Below are positions 36,112 through 36,879 of a stretch of 36,879 bases of DNA, in pieces. The translations under genes and the position numbers were made by a program. The notes below the pieces were generated by a model. That model was not told where the DNA came from. It made no database searches and was given only the letters and a program-made list of their open reading frames with translations. The DNA lies in NCBI GenBank assembly GCA_043820105.1, contig JBDREC010000078.1:1-36879 (forward strand). The letters run 5' to 3'. Position 1 is the stretch's first letter; every line of letters starts with the position of its first letter. Source of the stretch: Pseudomonadota bacterium. Lineage in GTDB: Bacteria > Bdellovibrionota_F > JAHFAK01 > JBDREC01.

Positions 36112-36879
36112 TTATTCTGATGAAGTAAGGGCCGTATCAGCTGCTGTAATAGCCTCTTTCGCTTTATCTTTTTTTGAGACTTTATGGGATTCATCAATGG
36201 CTGAAATTGCATCTTGTGCAATTTCATATTGTTCTTTAGCCTCTTTATATTTTTCTGCTATGGCTTCATATTTTGCAGCTTCATCGTTATTTCCTTGTTC
36301 TTTATAAGCTTTTGCAAGTTCTCTGTTCAGTGTTTCAATTTCTCCAGCTTTTTCTGCTGCATCACTTAGTTTTTGAGCTAATTCGTCTTTTTTGCTTAAA
36401 TCTAGATTAGTAATTTCAGTTTCTAAATTATCACTTAACTTTTCTAGTTCTTTCTCTTTTTCTTTTATCTTTTTTGGATTACCATCATCAGCCACTATCG
36501 CTTTATTTTTCTTCTCTTTCTCTTTTTTCTCTTTTGCTTCTCTTTCTTTCGCTTCTCTTTTTTCTTTCTCTCTTTGCTCTTTATTTGCTCTAGATGCACA
36601 TGCGTCTTCTATCACACTAATCCCAACAGCAGCAATATTCCACTTTCCAAGTTCTTTTGTGCAGTTACAGTCTGTTGGTTTCCAGGATGTTTTAAAACAT
36701 GCTTTGCAAATTTGATCCATATCATTTTCGCAGGGTATCTTTTTCTCAGCTGGCGCGCCTACTCTTCCGCCGCCTCCTGCCTGTATATAAGCAAGCGTAA
36801 CATCTCGATCAGCCATTAATTGGGCCATCGCTAAATCATGACCTGCTCCTGCTGCTGCTTGAGCTTGAGCTGCTTGTGC
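36112..36879 (-). CDS. Hypothetical protein, C-terminal part (start lies beyond the window); Ala/Gln-rich stretch, Cys-rich module, charged coiled coil
   Basis: Frame is open to the window edge (AQAAQAQAAAGAGHDLA precedes the listed Met). Six Cys lie within ~45 aa, followed by an E/K/A-rich helical region. Confidence 0.75.
   Translation of the reverse strand, partial: AQAAQAQAAAGAGHDLAMAQLMADRDVTLAYIQAGGGGRVGAPAEKKIPCENDMDQICKACFKTSWKPTDCNCTKELGKWNIAAVGISVIEDACASRANKEQREKEKREAKEREAKEKKEKEKKNKAIVADDGNPKKIKEKEKELEKLSDNLETEITNLDLSKKDELAQKLSDAAEKAGEIETLNRELAKAYKEQGNNDEAAKYEAIAEKYKEAKEQYEIAQDAISAIDESHKVSKKDKAKEAITAADTALTSSE

Overview
AT-rich (~30% GC by eye) bacterial window. Most of it (~0.2-29 kb) is a Wzx/Wzy-type surface polysaccharide locus. 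It encodes two Wzz/GumC-like co-polymerase paralogs, a Wzy-like membrane protein, a Wzx flippase, five glycosyltransferases, a radical SAM protein coupled to a polysaccharide pyruvyltransferase, a methyltransferase, and a WbpD-E-B-A-like module for UDP-2,3-diacetamido-2,3-dideoxyglucuronate whose wbpA-like gene is frameshifted at an A8 tract. It also encodes a phosphoglycosyl transferase, a second DegT aminotransferase, an orphan E1 alpha/beta pair and a YjbH/GfcD-like outer-membrane protein, and is bracketed by two paralogous uncharacterised nucleotidyltransferases. thiD lies near the right end. The last 8 kb encode acidic surface proteins with (GD)n linkers and a partial ORF. Signals missed by the ORF track: (1) four ~95-105 bp periodically mismatched palindromes at every internal junction of the wbp module, three with a C-GAA-G triloop, plus several heptamer arrays of similar design; (2) a reciprocally decayed duplicate of the yjbH-thiD junction flanking one glycosyltransferase; (3) an IS21-like terminal repeat at 90-141; (4) G8/G9 tracts and an A8 frameshift suggesting phase variation. 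No rRNA, tRNA or CRISPR array was recognised. All family calls come from reading motifs, not from database searches.
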